Assembly: GCF_006345805.1 (NCBI RefSeq)
Contig: NC_042999.1
Coordinates: 114,266,001 to 114,330,000 of the forward strand
Length of the DNA: 64,000 nt
DNA from: Octopus sinensis
Taxonomy: Eukaryota
Direction: 5' to 3'
Part shown: positions 62,901-64,000 of the stretch, in pieces
Numbering within the stretch: the first letter of the stretch is position 1
Layout of the letters: the number at the start of each line of letters is the position of its first letter
Notes under the pieces: generated by a model
What the model saw: only the letters and a program-made list of their open reading frames with translations
Told to the model about the DNA's origin: nothing
Database searches by the model: none
Position numbers and translations under genes: made by a program

Positions 62901-64000
62901 GTGTGATAGAGTAGTTTAATCTTAGATAAATCAACAGTAAAAATAATGCCCTAATACATGTTAGGTCTAGCTCCTTCATTCATTCTGCTCAATCAAGTGT
63001 TCTCCACATCTCATTTCCCTAACACCCAGCCCTACATCACTCATCTATCAATGGCACTACTTGGCTGCTAAGACCACGATCGACACATATTACTCCCCTG
63101 CCCATTCCATGTGCTACCAATCACCCAACCTTGAACTACTGCCGTCCCCCGTTCTCATTATTCTTCCAGTTCTTCCCACACTATTTACACCTATCACCTC
63201 TTTTGCGGTTTCAGTTCTCTCTCTGCTACACTCCAATTTATATATCTGCTATCATTCTCAATGCTCTTCCATATCTGCCATCACCCCCACCCCACTTACT
63301 GTAGTGACCTTTATGTACTTCATCTCTCTCTCCACCACTCATACATCTTGCACATCATCTCCCTACATTCTGATCTAACCTCCTACCTGAGCCATTTCTA
63401 ACCTTTACTCCTGTTACCCTCTACATATTGGTATTTCCCATCTACCTCATCTCCACACTTATTCATTATTCACCTCTACCCCACCTCCACCATAACTAAC
63501 CATTTGTTACTCTTCCCCTCACACCCTACCAAAACTACTCCCACCCCTGATCCACTGTCTGTATCCACTTTTATGCTCACTTTGTAACTTGAGGGTTTGC
63601 TCTTGCACCCCACCCTACCATCTTTAACTTCTTTCCAGCTACTCCTATGATGATACACATAGACAAACACACACACACACGTATGAATACAAATGAATGC
63701 ATGACTGAAGAGGGCTAGAGTTTAGATCAGTGGTTCCCAAACTTTTTCAGGCTGCTGCTCCCTTGATGCCCAAGCCACATTCCTTGACCACTTTTCTGCA
63801 GTAAATTCAAAACAAATGCATTTCACATATAAAACTTAACATAATAAATCCATTATTTTGGGTTTTCTTTTTAACATCTATTGCCCCCTTTTTGGCACCC
63901 CATTATTGCCCCACATATCTTTGGCACCCCATTATTGCCCCACATATCTTCAACACCCCCATGGATCTTTCCACCATCCCCATGAGGACAGTGCTGCCCA

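Noticed and set aside
59530-64000. Search for the upstream HAT1 exon (..HQ.FG.)
   Set aside because: Not found; presumed right of the window.

Overview
AT-rich, repeat-dense eukaryotic DNA. The repeat families, (TA)n/(CAT)n microsatellites and RTE/SINE content suggest an octopus/coleoid cephalopod; this is inference. The whole window appears to lie inside one minus-strand gene, histone acetyltransferase 1 (HAT1). Five GT-AG coding exons not called by the ORF track splice in frame: 59406-59529, 55675-55816, 49112-49265, 44197-44301 and 19687-19793. The flanking exons were not found and probably lie outside the window. The introns (3.6, 6.4, 4.8, 24.4 and >19.6 kb) are filled with mobile DNA. 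The main element is an intact, young, full-length RTE-clade LINE: an 1100-aa APE+RT ORF with a C4HC3 PHD finger inside the RT region and a tandemly duplicated 5' UTR. There are also many truncated RTE copies, a decayed autonomous Helitron with a nested mini-Helitron, and a head-to-tail mini-Helitron dimer. Other relics are Tigger, Mariner, hAT/piggyBac-like MITEs, an R4/Dong element, a Gypsy integrase and tRNA-type SINEs. Unexplained signals are a CpG-retaining promoter-like island inside the 24-kb intron, two pri-miRNA-sized hairpins and several short perfect palindromes. All analysis was by eye; repeat boundaries are approximate unless termini are quoted.
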